Positions 1-12,763 of a stretch of DNA of 64,000 bases are shown piece after piece. Position 1 is the stretch's first letter. The number at the start of each line of letters is the position of its first letter. The stretch comes from Mobula hypostoma. Taxonomy: Eukaryota. The stretch lies in assembly GCF_963921235.1 (NCBI RefSeq), contig NC_086097.1, positions 197,472,001-197,536,000 on the forward strand, in the 5' to 3' direction. The notes beneath the pieces were generated by a model. That model made no database searches. It saw only the letters and a program-made list of their open reading frames with translations, and was not told where the DNA came from. Position numbers and translations under genes: made by a program.

Positions 1-240
1 TCTGGACTTCCCCAACATCGGGAACAATCTTCCTGCATCTAGCCTGTCCAATCCCTTTAGGATTTTATACGTTTCAATAAGATCCCCCCTCAATCTTCTA
101 AATTCCAACGAGTATACGCCTAGTTGATCCAGTCTTTCATCATATGAACGTCCTGCCATCCCAGGAATCAATCTGGTGAACCTTCTTTGTACTCCTTCTA
201 TGGCAAGAATGTCTTTCCTCAGATTAGGGGACCAAAACTG
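1..240 (-). mobile_element. CR1 LINE ORF2 3' fragment, running off the window edge
   Basis: The reverse strand encodes the CR1 C-terminal region (QFWSP...VQRRFTRLIPGM...GDLIETYKIL) also seen in other CR1 copies here. Confidence 0.8.
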
Positions 241-289
241 TAATATTGCAAAGATCATCCCATTATCAAAAGGCTGCAATGAATCAGTC

Positions 290-1310
290 TGGAACAGTCC
301 ATAAAGGAGAGAACAGCTTGCCCAGGTGGATTGAAGGAGGTTACTGGCGGGTGTGATGGCAGAGCATAGACGGCTGGTTTCTGAGAATAGTTTATATGGT
401 GCAGGATAGATATGTCCCTTAGAAGTTGTTCTCAAATGGCAGAGGTAGGCAACTGTGGCTGACAAGGCAAGTTAAGGACTGCATAAGGGCCATGGAAAGG
501 GTATATAAGGCAGCAAAAGTGAGTGGGAAGTTGAGTGGTTGGGAAGCTTTTAAAATCCAACAAAAGGAACTAAAAAGCCATAAGGGAAAAGATGAAATAT
601 GAGGGCAAACTAGCCAAAAGTTTTTTCAGTTTTATAAAGAATTAAACGGGAGTGAGAGTTGATATTGGACTTCTGGAAAATGATGCTGGTGAGGTAGTAA
701 TGGGGGACAAAGAAATAGCAGATGCACTTAATGGGTACTTTGCATCAGTCTTCACTATGGAAGACACTAGCAGTGTGCCAGAGGTGCATGAGTCTCAGGG
801 AGCAGGAGTGAGTACCATTGTTATTACAAAGGAAAAAGTGCTAGGCAAATTGAAAGGTCTTAAGGTGGTTAAGTCACCTGGACCAGATGGACTACATCCC
901 AGAGTCCTGAGAGAGGTTGCCGAAGAGATAATGAATGCATTGGTCATGATCTTTCAAAAATCGCTTGATTCTGGCATGGTCTCGGAGGAGTGGAAGATTG
1001 CAAATGTCACTCCATTCTATAAGGAGGGAGGAAGGCAAAAGAAAGGAAAATTTTGGCCAGTTAGCCTAATCTCAGTGGTTGGGAAAGTGTCGGAGTCCAT
1101 TATTAAAGATGAGGTTTAGGGGTGCTTGGAGACTAATGACAAAATAAGTCAATATCAGTATGGTTTCTGTAAATGGAAATCGTGCCTGACAAATCTGTTA
1201 GTTCTTTGAGGAGGGAGGACAAAGGAGAGGTAGTGGATGTCATTTACTTAGATTTTCAGAAGACATTTGATAAGGTGCCCTACATGAGGCTGCTTAACAA
1301 GATAAAATCC
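290..1310 (+). mobile_element. Decayed CR1 LINE ORF2 fragment; resumes at about 3345-3525 after a nested insertion
   Basis: ORFs 652-1119 (KSPGPDGLHPRVL...WKIANVTP) and 1173-1388 (VDVIYLDFQKTFDKVP). The downstream RT motif VTSGVP...LGP is found at about 3350. Confidence 0.85.
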
Positions 1311-3345
1311 TATAAGACCATAAGACAAAGGAGCAGAAGTCGGCCATTCGGCCCGTCGAGTCTGCTCCACCATTTTATCATGAGCTGATCCGTTCTCCCA
1401 TTTAGTCCCACTCCCCCGCCTTTGATAACCTTTGATGCCCTCACTACTCAGATACCTATTGATCTCTGCCTTAAATACACCCAATGACTTGGCCTCCACT
1501 GCTGCCCATGGTTACAAATTCCATAGATTCACCACCCTCTGACTAAAAAAAATTTCTCCGCATTTCTGTTCTGAATGGGCGCCCTTCAATCCTTAAGTTA
1601 TGCCCTCTCGTACTAGACTCCCCCATCATGGTAAACAACTTTGCCACATCCACTCTGTCCATGCCTTTCAACATTTGAAATGTTTCTATGAGGTCTCCCC
1701 TCATTCTTCTAAACTCCAAGGAATACAGTCCAAGAGTGGACAAACGTTCCTCATATGTTAACCCTCTCATTCCCGGAATCATTCCAGTGAATCTTCTCTG
1801 TACCCTCTCCAACGTCAGCACATCCTTTCTTAAATAAGGAGACCAAAACTGCCCACAGTACTCCAAGTGAGGTCTCACCAGCGCCTTATAGAGCCTCACC
1901 ATCACATCCCTGCTCCTATACTCTATTCCTCTAGAAATGAATGCCAACATTGCATTCACCTTCTTCACTACCGACGCAACCTGGAGGTTAACCTTAAGGG
2001 TATCCTGTACGAGGACTCCCAAGTCTCATTGCATCTCAGAACTTTGAATTCTTTCCCCATTTAATTAATAGTCTGCTCGTTTATTTCTTCTGCCAAAGTG
2101 CATAACAATACACTTTCCAACATTGTATTTCATTTACCACTTCTTTGCTCATTCTTCCAATCTATCCAAGTCTCTCTGCAGACTCTCCGTTTCCTCAGCA
2201 CTACCGGTCCCTCCACCTATCTTTGTATCGTCAGCAAACTTAGCCACAAAGCCATCTATTCCATAATCCAAATCGTTGATGTACTATGTAAAACGAAGCG
2301 GCCCCAACACGGACCCCTGTGGAACACCACTGGTAACCGGCAGCCAACCAGAATAGGATCCCTTTATTCCTACTCTCTGTTTCCTGCCAATCAGCCAACG
2401 CTCTATCCATGTATGTAACTTGTCTGCAATTCCATGGGTTCTTATCTTGTTAAGTAGCCTCATGTGTGGCACCTTGTCAGAGGCCTTCTGAAAATCCAAA
2501 TATACAACATCCACTGCATCTCTCTTGTCTAGCCTACTGGTAATTTCCTCAAAAAATTGTAATAGGTTTGTCAGGCAGGATTTTCCTTCAAGGAATCCAT
2601 GCTGAGTTCTGCCTATCTTGTCATATGCCTCCAGGTACACTGTAACCTCATCCTTGACAATCGACTCCAACAACTTCCCAACCACAGATGTCAAGCTAAC
2701 AGGTCTATAATTTCCTTTTTGCTTCCTTGCCCCCTTGTTAAATAGCGGAGTGACATTTTGCAATCTTCCAGTCCTCCGGAACCATGCCAGTATCTATCGA
2801 CTTTTGAAAGATCATCGCTAATGCCTCTGCAATCTCTACAGCTACTTCCTTCAGAACACGAGGGTACATTCCATCTGGTCCGGGAGATTTATCTACCTTT
2901 AGACTATTCAGCTTCCTGAGTACTTTCTCTGTCGTAATTGTGACTGTGCACACTTCTCTTCCCTGCCACCCTTGAGTGTCCAGTAAACTGCTGATGTCTT
3001 CCTCAGTGAAGACTGATGCAAAATACTCGTTCAGTTCCTCCGCCATCTCCTTATCTCCCATTACAATTTCTCCAGCATCATTTTCTATCAGTCCTTATCT
3101 ACTCTCACCTGTCTTTTACTCTTTATATACTTGAAAAAGCTTTTAGTATCCTCTTTGATATTATTTGCTAGCTTCCTTTCATAGTTAATCTTTTCCCTCT
3201 TCATGACCTCCTTAGTTTCCTTTTGTAAGGTTTTAAAAACTTCCCAATCCTCTGTCTTCCCACTAATCTTTGCTTCCTTGTATGCCCTCTCCTTTACTTT
3301 AACTTTGGCTTTGACTTCTCTTGTCAACCACGGTTGCATCCTTTT
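1311..3345 (-). mobile_element. 5'-truncated CR1 LINE (RT and 3' end) inserted into the plus-strand CR1
   Basis: Frameshifted ORFs 3088-3399, 2738-3061, 2284-2763 ([10 protein letters not shown]), 1543-2022 and 1248-1499, with an ataagacc-type tail at about 1311. Confidence 0.9.
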
Positions 3346-3599
3346 CTGCCAGTGACTAGTGGTGTTCCTCGGGTCAGTATTGGGACCACTGCTTTTCACA
3401 TTGTTTGTCAGTGATTTAGATAATGGAATTGATGGCTTTGTGGCATAGTTTGCAGATCATACGAAGTTAAGTGGAGGGTAGGTCGTGCTGAGGAAGCAAT
3501 GCAGTTGCAGCAGGGCTTAGACAAATATGTCAGGATGCTGTCCATGGTACATCTGTAGAAATTTTCGAGTGCTTTTGCTGACAAACCAAATCTTCTTTG

Positions 3600-4335
3600 A
3601 GCAAGCGTATAACATTTGCAACCCTTCCAATCCTCTGGTACTTCTCCCGTCCCTAATGATGATACAAAGATCATTGCCAGAGACTTGGCAATCTCCACCC
3701 TTGCTGCCCACAGTAGCCTGGGGTATACCTCGTTTGGTCTCAGCTACTTATCTAACTTCATGCTTTGCAAAAGCTCCAGCATATCCTCTCCATCCTCTTT
3801 CTTAATGTTTATACATTCAAGCGTTTCAGTCGGTTGTAAGTCATCCCCACAATTTCCCTGGTGAATACGGAATCTGTTCCCCAAACTATTGAGATCCCCA
3901 ATTTCACTCTACGCTTCTGAGGCTCAGAGCTGACCACAGTGCTACTGGTCTGGCTGCTGCTGCCTTGCTCAGGTAGGTCATCCCCCACAGCAGTGTCCAA
4001 AGGGGTATATCTATTGCTGAGGGATATGGCCACAGGGGGACCCTGCTCTGACTTCTTTCTCCCTGTATCCCTCCTTGCGCTCACACCCATCTACTCCCTG
4101 AATTCTGCACTCTGGGTGTAACCACCTGCTCAAAAGTCATATCTATCAATTGCTCTGCTTCCTGGATGAACCTTAGTTCATCCAACTCCAGCACCAGCTC
4201 CTTAATGCAGTCTTTCAGGAACTGGAGTTGGCTGCACTTCCTGCAGGTGTAGTGATCAGGGAGACCGTCAGGTTCCATGAATTCCAAATCCTACAGGAGG
4301 AGCAGTCCACTGCCATATCTGCCATTCTGCCTGCA
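3600..4335 (-). mobile_element. CR1 fragments: a short ORF2 piece plus the ORF1 zinc-finger/coiled-coil region
   Basis: ORF 4081-4287 (YTCRKCSQLQFLKDCIKELVLELDELR) and ORF 3809-4090 (LSNRYTPL) are typical of CR1 ORF1. A short Rex-like piece precedes them at about 3525-3600. Confidence 0.75.
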
Positions 4336-4392
4336 CTGTACTACAGGCAACCAAGGCCAAATCAGCAATAACAGGACAGTGGTGATTTTTAC

Positions 4393-4588
4393 CATTGAGT
4401 GGTTCTGAGAGATTTAAGGTGGAAAACGTCATTGCAATCATGCATGATTTGAGGTGATATATTGGTGGCAGTTTGGTAGAGGAGATTTCTTTTGTCGTGC
4501 TGAAGTACAAAGCCCATTCTTTCATATGCTTCAGTGAATGAGTCAACAATAACAGAACCATCAGCATATATGCAAATGAATGTGTTGT
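4393..4588 (-). CDS. Candidate coding exon of an unidentified nested antisense gene (196 nt, phase 1 to 2)
   Basis: Minus strand reads caccatttttag|ACAACAC...CAATG|gtaaaa. The frame DNTFICIYADGSVIVDSFTEAYERMGFVLQHDKRNLLYQTATNISPQIMHDCNDVFHLKSLRTTQW continues in frame from 16613-16708. A second frame is also open, so the frame is not proven. Confidence 0.4.
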
Positions 4589-4807
4589 CTAAAAATGGTG
4601 TAAAACTACCAAATATTAAAATTGCTGTGTTTCGGTTTGTGCAGTAGAGTTTCCTGAAACACAGCACCCTTGTGTTCTGACCATTAGCCAAGGCACAGGC
4701 TTCTTTTAAGTCATCCTGTCTTTTCTCATGGCTTTCTCTTAATTTTTTAGATGTGCTGAGATGATTTGCTGGAACTGAATAAGGAAAATAGGACTTCAGT
4801 TATGTTT

Positions 4808-5270
4808 AAAGTTCGATGAAAATTTATTATCAAAGTTCATATATGTCACCATATATAACCCTGAGATTCATTTTCTTGTGGCCATTCACAGTAAATACAA
4901 AGGAATACAATGGAATCAATGAAAAACTGTACACTACGAAGGTGGATAAACAGTATGCTAAAGACAACAAATTATGCAGATACAAAAAAGATATAAAGTT
5001 TTTTGCTGGTGGGGGAGGGGTATTGTTGCTTGCTGCCACTTAAGTGCAGGAGGGAAGGGAGCTGGGGGGACTTTGGGGTTCTAACATTTAGCTGTCGTTC
5101 ATGCTTTGGGGCACTCCTCTGTTTTTGTGGATGTTTGCGAAAAAAAAGCATTTCAGGATGTATATTGTATACATTTCTCTGACATTAAATTGGACCTTTG
5201 AAATAAATAATAAATATTGTGAACATGAGTTGTAGATTCCTTTGAAGTACGTCCATAGGTTGTGGTAGGG
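4808..5270. mobile_element. Rex1-type 3' UTR remnant (minus) containing a plus-strand non-autonomous 3' fragment (about 4997-5200)
   Basis: An aagttc/tttatt tail pattern like other Rex 3' ends in the window. The inner piece ends attaaattggacctttgaa. Confidence 0.5.
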
Positions 5271-6879
5271 GAGAGACAATATCCAGCTTGGAATGCAGAA
5301 GTTTCAGTGGAAATTGATTAAGGTATTTAAGAACCAGAGTGTGTTTTGCTCAGTTATGATTCAGTGATAATTTCTATGGATGGAATTATAACAATCTTGA
5401 AAAAAAGTATTTGAAAGGAAGGAATAGATTGTGGAAAATGGAGAACAAAATGAAAATGATAGCTCTTTTAAAGTTCAGCATGGACATGTTGCACTAAATG
5501 GTCTCAAAATTCTTCATTAATTTCTGGTTCTGAACAATAATATAACAGTAGTGATGTTTTCAACTCTTACTCTGAATGAAAACCAGACTTCACAGCAAAT
5601 TGAACCAGCAGGTTATGTCCATTTAAACAAAGAAATCAGAATGTTACTGAAGTCTTGCTGAGAGTCACGCCGTTGGCACAAATGTAACAGAAAGCTTTTG
5701 AGCTGGTTGCATGTTATGTACCACAATCATGTCAGGAAATGCCATGACTTGTTCACTTCCATGTCGGTAATTATTTAAAGGAATGATAAATTTTTCTCAG
5801 TTAAAAGTCTCCCTGACATGGAAATTGATTGCAAATGCAGTTTTGTTTCTGAAAATTTTAATTTATTCTATTTACTTTAAGTTTCAATTTTTGCATTACT
5901 GATTAAAGTTTTTCAAAGAAGTGTCAAAATGTTTTTGAATGTTTTGAATATTGTATTTAATTAGGAAGTATAGGGTGATGACAGTTGTAGCTCTGTGTAG
6001 TGATGAAATGCACAACTCAATATTTCTTTTATGATCATGCTATTTTTGGATGACCCATTGATCTTTACGCTGCAGAAGGCTTTGGCATGGAGAATCCTCC
6101 CAGCAGTGTCGGTAGGATTCTGCTGAGAAATTTGCAAAATGGTAGTTCATATATTTAATAAAATCAATAGCGAATCCCTTTGGCTAACTGCAATGTTTAT
6201 TATTATTAACTTGTTGGTTTGACTTTTCTCTTTATCCCATTTTGTTGTTGTCTCATTTTGATTTCTCTTGATCCCATATTTTGTCTTATTCTGTTATTTT
6301 CCAGGCTTGAGTGTTTGTGAGTATTTTGGTTTTATTAGGGAGCGTTTTATTTGTGCTTAGGCAAATTACAATTTTTTGTCATGTGAAAAAACTTAACTGA
6401 TGAGATGCATAAGACTATTCCACAAAACACAACAAAATTGAAATAGTTGATAATATTCCCTTGCACATTTAAAATACTTAACAATGAAAGGTTGTCACCA
6501 TTTGAAAGGTCATTACCATTATAACAATGACTAGGATCCTGCAAAGAAACGGGTTTGATCAGTAGTGTTGCATACGTTGAAAGCCATTTTTAACACAAGT
6601 AATTTTAACACAAAATATAAGTTCTGTACAGATGATGTGTAATAAGTATTGAAAAGTGATGCAGTTGACTGCAAAAATGGAAAACTGTGAAGGGATTGCA
6701 TTTCATGATTGTATAACATTATGCATGATAGGTTCTGGAAATCAGGGATTTGAATTTTCTTTGGTTAAAAAGCAGTTATGATTGTGATATCTGTGATTAA
6801 ATATATTTGTGGTGAAGTAAAGATAAGAAAAAGTCCAGTTTGAAGAAAAGTATTAAGTTTTTGCAAGAATCGGATGGAG

Positions 6880-8030
6880 ATACTTGAGTAAACCCCACTG
6901 TCCAGCATGAGCAAACCTTGCTGCTAGGATATTAATCCTCCTCTAATTCAGGTGCACATCCTGTCTGTCAAGGTCCTACCCTCTCTGGAAGAGAGCACAA
7001 TAATCCAAAAACCTCATGCTCTCCCTTCTACACCAATTCCTTAGCCACATATTAAACTGTATCATCTTCCTAGTTCTGACCTCACTAGCATGTGATGCAG
7101 GTAGCAGTGCTGAGATCACAACCCTGGAGGTCCTGCCCTTTAACTTAGCACCTAACTCCCTGAACTCCCTATGCAGAACCTCATCACTTCTCTACCTATG
7201 CCATTGGTACCTATATGGACCGTGACTTCTGGTTGTTCACCCTCCCACTTAAGAATGCTGAGGATTCGATCTGAGATATCCTGGACCCTGTCACCTGGGA
7301 GGCAACATACCATCTGGGAATCTTGTTTTTGCCCACGGAGTGTCCTGTCCTTTCTCCTAACAAACAAATCCCCTATCACCACAGCATGCCTCTTCTCCCT
7401 CCTTCCCTCTGAGTAGCACAGCCAGACACAGTGGCAGAGACTCGATTACTGAGACTTCCCTCTGTTAGGTCATCCCTCCCCCCCACCCCCGAACAGTATC
7501 CAAAGTGATATACCTTTTGTTGAGGGCGTTACCACAGGGGTACTGTGCACTGGTTTGTTAACCCCTTTCTTCTTCCTGACAGTCACCCAGTCTCCTATGT
7601 CCTGCACCTTGGATGTAACTACCTCTCTACATGTCCTATCTATCACCCCCTCAGCCTCCCAAATGATCCCAAGTTCATCCAGTTCCATCTCCAAATACTT
7701 AACGTGGATTGTTAGAAGTGTCAGCTGGATGCACTTCTTGCAGTTTTGTCGTCAGGGACACTGGAGATCTCCTTGCCTTCCCACATTCTGCAAGGAGAGT
7801 ATTCCAGTATCCTGACTGGCATCTCTATTGTCCTAGCTAAGAGATTATAGAGAAGAGAAGGGAAAAAAAAACTTAACCTTGAGCTTTTCTTTTCTTTGCT
7901 TTCTCTAACTGAAGTGTCTCTTTGTTGAAGCCTCGAAGAGCTATAGCATCAAGGTCACCACTCTGACTCTGTCCACTCAAACAACAGCCTCTGTGCTTGC
8001 CCAACTTTTCTTTAATTTACTCTTGCTAAT
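6880..8030 (-). mobile_element. Decayed CR1 5' region (ORF1 coiled-coil and SGNH esterase domain, 5' UTR)
   Basis: ORFs 7470-7694 (EMELDEL...) and 7152-7382 (VIGD...VCCLPG...VHIGTN), the esterase signature of CR1 ORF1. Confidence 0.8.
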
Positions 8031-8038
8031 CAATCCCA

Positions 8039-8275
8039 AATGCCGATTGGTTGCTGGTCAAACCTTTTTTTTTGCTGTAGTGACCCGCTGTTGGCTTTTC
8101 TACTCAGGCAATCGACCTGAGTGAAATCCCCTCCTTCTAATGTCCAGATTGGTTGCTGGTCAAAGTTCTTTTTCATTGTAGCAATTTGCTGCTGGCTTTT
8201 CTGTTTGGGGAGTGGACCTGATTGAAATACCCCTTTCCAATGTCCAGGTTGGTCAATGGTCAAAGCTCTTTTCAG
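8039..8275. repeat. Diverged tandem repeat, about 100-bp unit in about 2.3 copies
   Basis: The unit anchor aatg(t)cc(a)gattggttgctggtcaaa recurs with ATTGG/GTTGG at 8046, 8148 and 8248. Confidence 0.75.
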
Positions 8276-8748
8276 AGGAGAGGAATGGGTTAAAGTCTTG
8301 TGATACTGATATGAAGACCACTCAGTGCACATTGTGAAAGTAGAGCCAACAGATGATGATCTGCAGAAGCAGTAACATTGAGAGTGGAGGAGGGGAGGGC
8401 ATGGGGCTTTTCCATGATGTGAAATTTGGAGAAAGGCTGAAAAACCAGGAAACAAGGCTGATGTTGGGTAAAGCTCAGTGACATAATCATGTTTTACATT
8501 TTTTTCAAGAGATTTTTTTATTTGGTTACATTTGGACTTCTGGTCCACCTGGTGAAAGCTGTTGTATGTCAGTTAGTTTATCTTGGTTCATTGCATTGAA
8601 TGACAATTATTTTAAGTTTCCAAGCATCAGAATCCAACCCAGGGAGGCACCAGCATTCAGCTCCACCCAGGGAAGGTAAATGCTGGGCTAAGTGACTGAT
8701 GCTGGCATATTGACAACATTCTAGTTCATTACTGGATTCCATCTAAGT

Positions 8749-8828
8749 CAGGGATTCCCAATCTATTTTATGCCATGGACCCTGACCATTAACCGAGGCG
8801 TCTGTGCATCCCAGTTTGGGAACTACTG
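8749..8828. mobile_element. 80-bp hAT-type MITE
   Basis: Termini cagggattcccaa...ttgggaactactg form an imperfect TIR. The 8-bp TSD is atctaagt/atctaaat. Confidence 0.75.
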
Positions 8829-9799
8829 ATCTAAATTAATTTTGTGTTTATACATTGGTATATGAATAGTTCAATTAAAATAAACATAGTATAGCTAATA
8901 TTACTTCATATTTACATTTTAATATCTTTTAGCTTTAACAATTATAGACACTCATTGCAGTCTTTAAAATGCTAAATGATAGAGGCATTTAAAAACTGCT
9001 TTAAAAATGTCATGGCTTTCTCAAAGGATGAGGATCCATCTCTGGCTTAGCCACCTTTTACTGTCTGTCAGGTATCAATGGGAAAGCCCTGAGGCTTACT
9101 TGTTGCTGATGTGGCACTTAGCCTTGTTGGAAACTGACTACATATGATGAGGAAGTAAGGATCATTTGCACCCAGTCCAAGAAAAAGCAGACAGGTAGCA
9201 TTACATCCAGTTTTACTTTGTTCATAACATTTTGTATTTCTTAAAATATGAAACGAATCCATGTTTGCCTGTTATTGTAAGTTAGAATCTCTGCTCTGGA
9301 TATGGTCATCAAATGTAATACCAATTGCGTCCGTTTTAAAATGTCCCGTCCATTTGCCAATCCCAATTTTGTGTAGACTTTCTCTGTGGGAATCATAACT
9401 CTTCATTGTCTTTAGCAGAATGGAGTTCCAAAATACTTGAATATTTCGAAGACAGAGTTGAATAGATTTCTGATTTGCAAAGGGCTGAAAGGTTTCGAGG
9501 ATAGATTAGAATATGAAGATAACCAACATTCAGGTCAGCAATGATCTCATTGATTGGTGCATCAAGCTTGAAATGCTGAGTGATTTGTCCTTGTTTCTGA
9601 TTGTATGTTTCTGTATAAACTCACTCGTATCTCTATATACAGTATATCAAAACTGCAATCAGGCAGTGTTTCACATTTTATTTTTTAAAGCTTTTTTTAA
9701 TTTTAATCAAAAATATACAGGCGCAGAGATGGTTGGAGCAACATTAGATGTACAATGAATTAATATAAAATTATTGGGAATCGATGAGGTAGGGACAAG

Positions 9800-10155
9800 A
9801 TTTGACGAAAGCTTTGAAATTTGAGATGTTGCTGGATAGTGGGGGAGTCTAGGACCAAAAGGTGCAGCCTCAGAGTGGAAGGATGTCCTTTTAGAACACA
9901 GATGATGTGAAATTTCTTTAACCAGAGGGTGGTGAATCTGTGGAATTCTTTGCCATAGGTGGCTGTGGAGGCCAAGTCATTTGGGTATTTTTAAAGTGGA
10001 GGCTGATAGGTTCTTGATTACTAAGAGTGTCAAAGGTTATGGGGACAAGGCAAGAGAACAGGCTTGAGAAGGATAATAAATCAGCCGGGATGGAATGCGG
10101 AGCAAATTCGATGGGTTGAATGGCCTAATTCAGTGCTGATCTTATGTGGTCTTAT
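9800..10155 (+). mobile_element. CR1 3' end fragment
   Basis: Encodes the GESRT.G.SLR...FF.QRVVNLWNSLP region and ends in a cttatg-type tail. Confidence 0.75.
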
Positions 10156-10494
10156 CATTGGAAATCAATGTATTGAATGAGCACAGAAGTTCAAAAGTTC
10201 AAAGGTTCATTTATTATAAAAGTATGCAACTCTAAATTCTTCTCCAGGTAGCCACGAAAACAAGATAGAAAGGAAAGGCAGCATGATTATCAACCCCCAA
10301 ATTCCTCCTCCCCGCAGAAAAATAATGGTGAATACAATTTAAAATATTGGCATCAGATCTGATGAGCATACAGTTGAAGTTAAGGTGACTTATCGAGATA
10401 GTATCAGGAAAAGTAGATTGGGCAAGAGCCAAAGGATAAATTGGGGTTTCAGTAACAGCTGTTTTTCTATTTCTTTTGAATGTGTCAAATTATT

Positions 10495-11183
10495 TGTAGC
10501 CCCCCGGTAAGCATCAGGCTCGCTCAACTCGCTTTCGTCTAGGGGGAGCAGCCTTCGGCCCCGCCAAACTGGGTAATTAAGTTTGTGTGGATGCTGTGTG
10601 ATGTACCCCACCCCGCCAAATAACAGACAGTACACCATATAGGATTAAATGATTACAATTTATAGATATTACTGGAACTATGTAATTAATAGAGATAAAA
10701 TATAAAAGGAAAGTAAAAGACGCCAAAGTTATCAAAGTTCAACCTCTTTGTGCACAACAGTTGGAGCTCTAGTAACGGGGTTGGCTTTCCACCATTTGAT
10801 CCCCTCCGACCACCTTGACCCGCCACCTGAGACCAACCACGGGGGTCGACCAGATGCTTCACATGAGTCTGTCTTTGTCTCATCTCCTCGCCGAAGACCC
10901 TGGACCTCGGACTCCGGCTCGGGGTCCCACCCCGTCAGCCAGCTCACAGCATCGCGTCCACACTCTGTCTCCCCATCGCGCCTTCTCCCCAAAAACCCGT
11001 ACATTACAATAACTTGCAGACCCACTAGAAAGAATAACATCTATCCCAATTGGTTCGTTTGCTCTCTTATCAATAATATAATCCAAACAAGCTGCTCACG
11101 GGAGAACTTTCTCAGCAATTAACATAACAAAGAAGCCACTTTAATTAGCCTACGCAGTAACATAAAAGAAGAAACCCCTTACA
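10495..11183. mobile_element. Solo LTR (Gypsy-type), 689 bp
   Basis: TGTA...TACA termini with a perfect 4-bp TSD tatt/tatt. Homologous to 26625-27384. Confidence 0.85.
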
Positions 11184-11749
11184 TATTAATTAGAGTTTGT
11201 CAATAATGAATAAGGACTAGGAAAAGAGGGACCAAATCAAAGAAAATTATAATGACTGAAGACTTTGAACGAAAGTTAAGTTTTAATGAACAGGAGAACG
11301 AAGTAGATAAGAATTTTTCACCATCGTGAGAGAACATTCATTTAGAGTGGTTACAAGTGCAAGCAAATCTGTTGGGGCATTTTTTGATTAGCAATAAATA
11401 CAATCTAGTCAGTGCTTTCCCTGCACTGTGATTAATATGAAGAATATGTAGTAGAATTGTGAACTGACTGCACTTGTGAGAAAATATGCATTGACAGAGT
11501 AAATGAGCCAGTAAAAATCCTAACATTTTTGTTCTCTTTTAGGTTGAAATGAGTGTATGTCCAAAAAGGATTGCTTGACACATTCAAAATAGGTTCTGTA
11601 CAGACATTGCAAGAAGAAGAATAGAAGATAGATATAGGCCAGAACAGAGAAAGTTAATTAAAACCATGGTCTAAAACAGTGTCATCTCTTGTTTGTGAAG
11701 CTTATGTACATTTATCTATTGAATTGTTCAGCAACATTTTCTGTATAAT

Positions 11750-12060
11750 ATAGAGTCATAGAGCATTACAGCACATGAACAGCCTCTTCAGCCGATCTAG
11801 TCTGTGCCGAACTATTATCCTCCCTAGTCCCATCAACCTGCATATGGACCATAGCCCTCCATACTCTGCCTATCCATGTACTTATCCAAACATCCTGAAT
11901 GTTGAAATTGAACACGTGTCTACCACTTCTCCTGGCAGCTTGTTTCACACTCACATCCACCCTCTGAATGAAAAATTTCCCCCCTATGTCTCCTTAAACA
12001 TTTCATATTTCACCCTTCATCTGTTACCTCTAATTGTTGTCTCACCTAACCTCAGTGTAA
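11750..12060 (-). mobile_element. CR1 3' end fragment
   Basis: Tail tagagtcatagag...acagcac and the WN.LP terminal region. Confidence 0.65.
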
Positions 12061-12069
12061 AAAATGAGT

Positions 12070-12590
12070 GCAACACACAAAATCCTGGAGGAACTCAGCA
12101 GGTTAGGCAGCATCTATGGAAATGAATGAACTGTTGAAGTTTCAGGCCAAGGCCTGTCATCAGGAAGGGAAGAAGCCAAAATAAGAAGGTGGAGGGAGGG
12201 TAAGCAGTACAATCTGGAAGGTGAGAGGTTGAAACCAAGTGGGAGGGGGAGGGGAGATGAAGTAAGAATCTGGGAGGTGATAGGTGGAAGAGAAGGATCG
12301 GAGAAGAAGGAATCTCACAGGACAGGAGAGTGAACCATAGGAGAAAGGGAAGGAGGAGGGACACCGGGAAGGTGATAGGCAGGTGAGTAGAAGATAAGGG
12401 GTAAGAGGAGAGCCAAAGAGGGGAATTGAAGAAGAAGAAGAAGAAGAAAGGAGGTGGGGGAAATTACCGGAAGTAGGTGAAATCGATGTTCGTGCTATCA
12501 GGTTGGTGGCTACCCAGAAAGCATATGAGGTGTTGTTCCCCCAACCTGAGAGTGGTCTCGTCATGGCAGTTGAGTGAGGATGAGGGGATG
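12070..12590 (-). mobile_element. Penelope-like element 3' fragment (end of GIY-YIG region and terminal region)
   Basis: Homologous to 44429-44910 (caacacacaaaat..ctggaggaactcagcagg..ggcagcatctat) and includes a decayed hammerhead core. Confidence 0.75.
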
Positions 12591-12732
12591 TTGGAAATCA
12601 GAGCAACACACACAGGTTGCTGGAGGGGAGCAGTGGTGGAAGAGGGTGATATGACATGGGAATTTAAAAGATTCCTGGATAGGCATATGGATGTTTAAAA
12701 AAAAGTTTTATGGGCTGTGTAGGAGGGAAGAG

Positions 12733-12763
<31 letters not shown>

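Noticed and set aside
6517..6538. Minus-strand acceptor tttctttgcag with a short exon DPSHCYN
   Set aside because: The donor is ambiguous, the exon is very short, and a phase-0 start does not fit the candidate chain.
8030..8548. 172-aa minus-strand ORF with repeated FDQQPI motifs
   Set aside because: The peptide repeat simply reflects the ~100-bp tandem DNA repeat. There is no splice or homology support.
9100..9239. Minus-strand exon candidate (NTKCYEQ...LGLGANDPYF..., donor CAA|gtaagc)
   Set aside because: The only open frame needs a phase-2 start, which does not fit the phase-1 end of 16613-16708 without an unseen exon, and the acceptor is weak. Not fully excluded.
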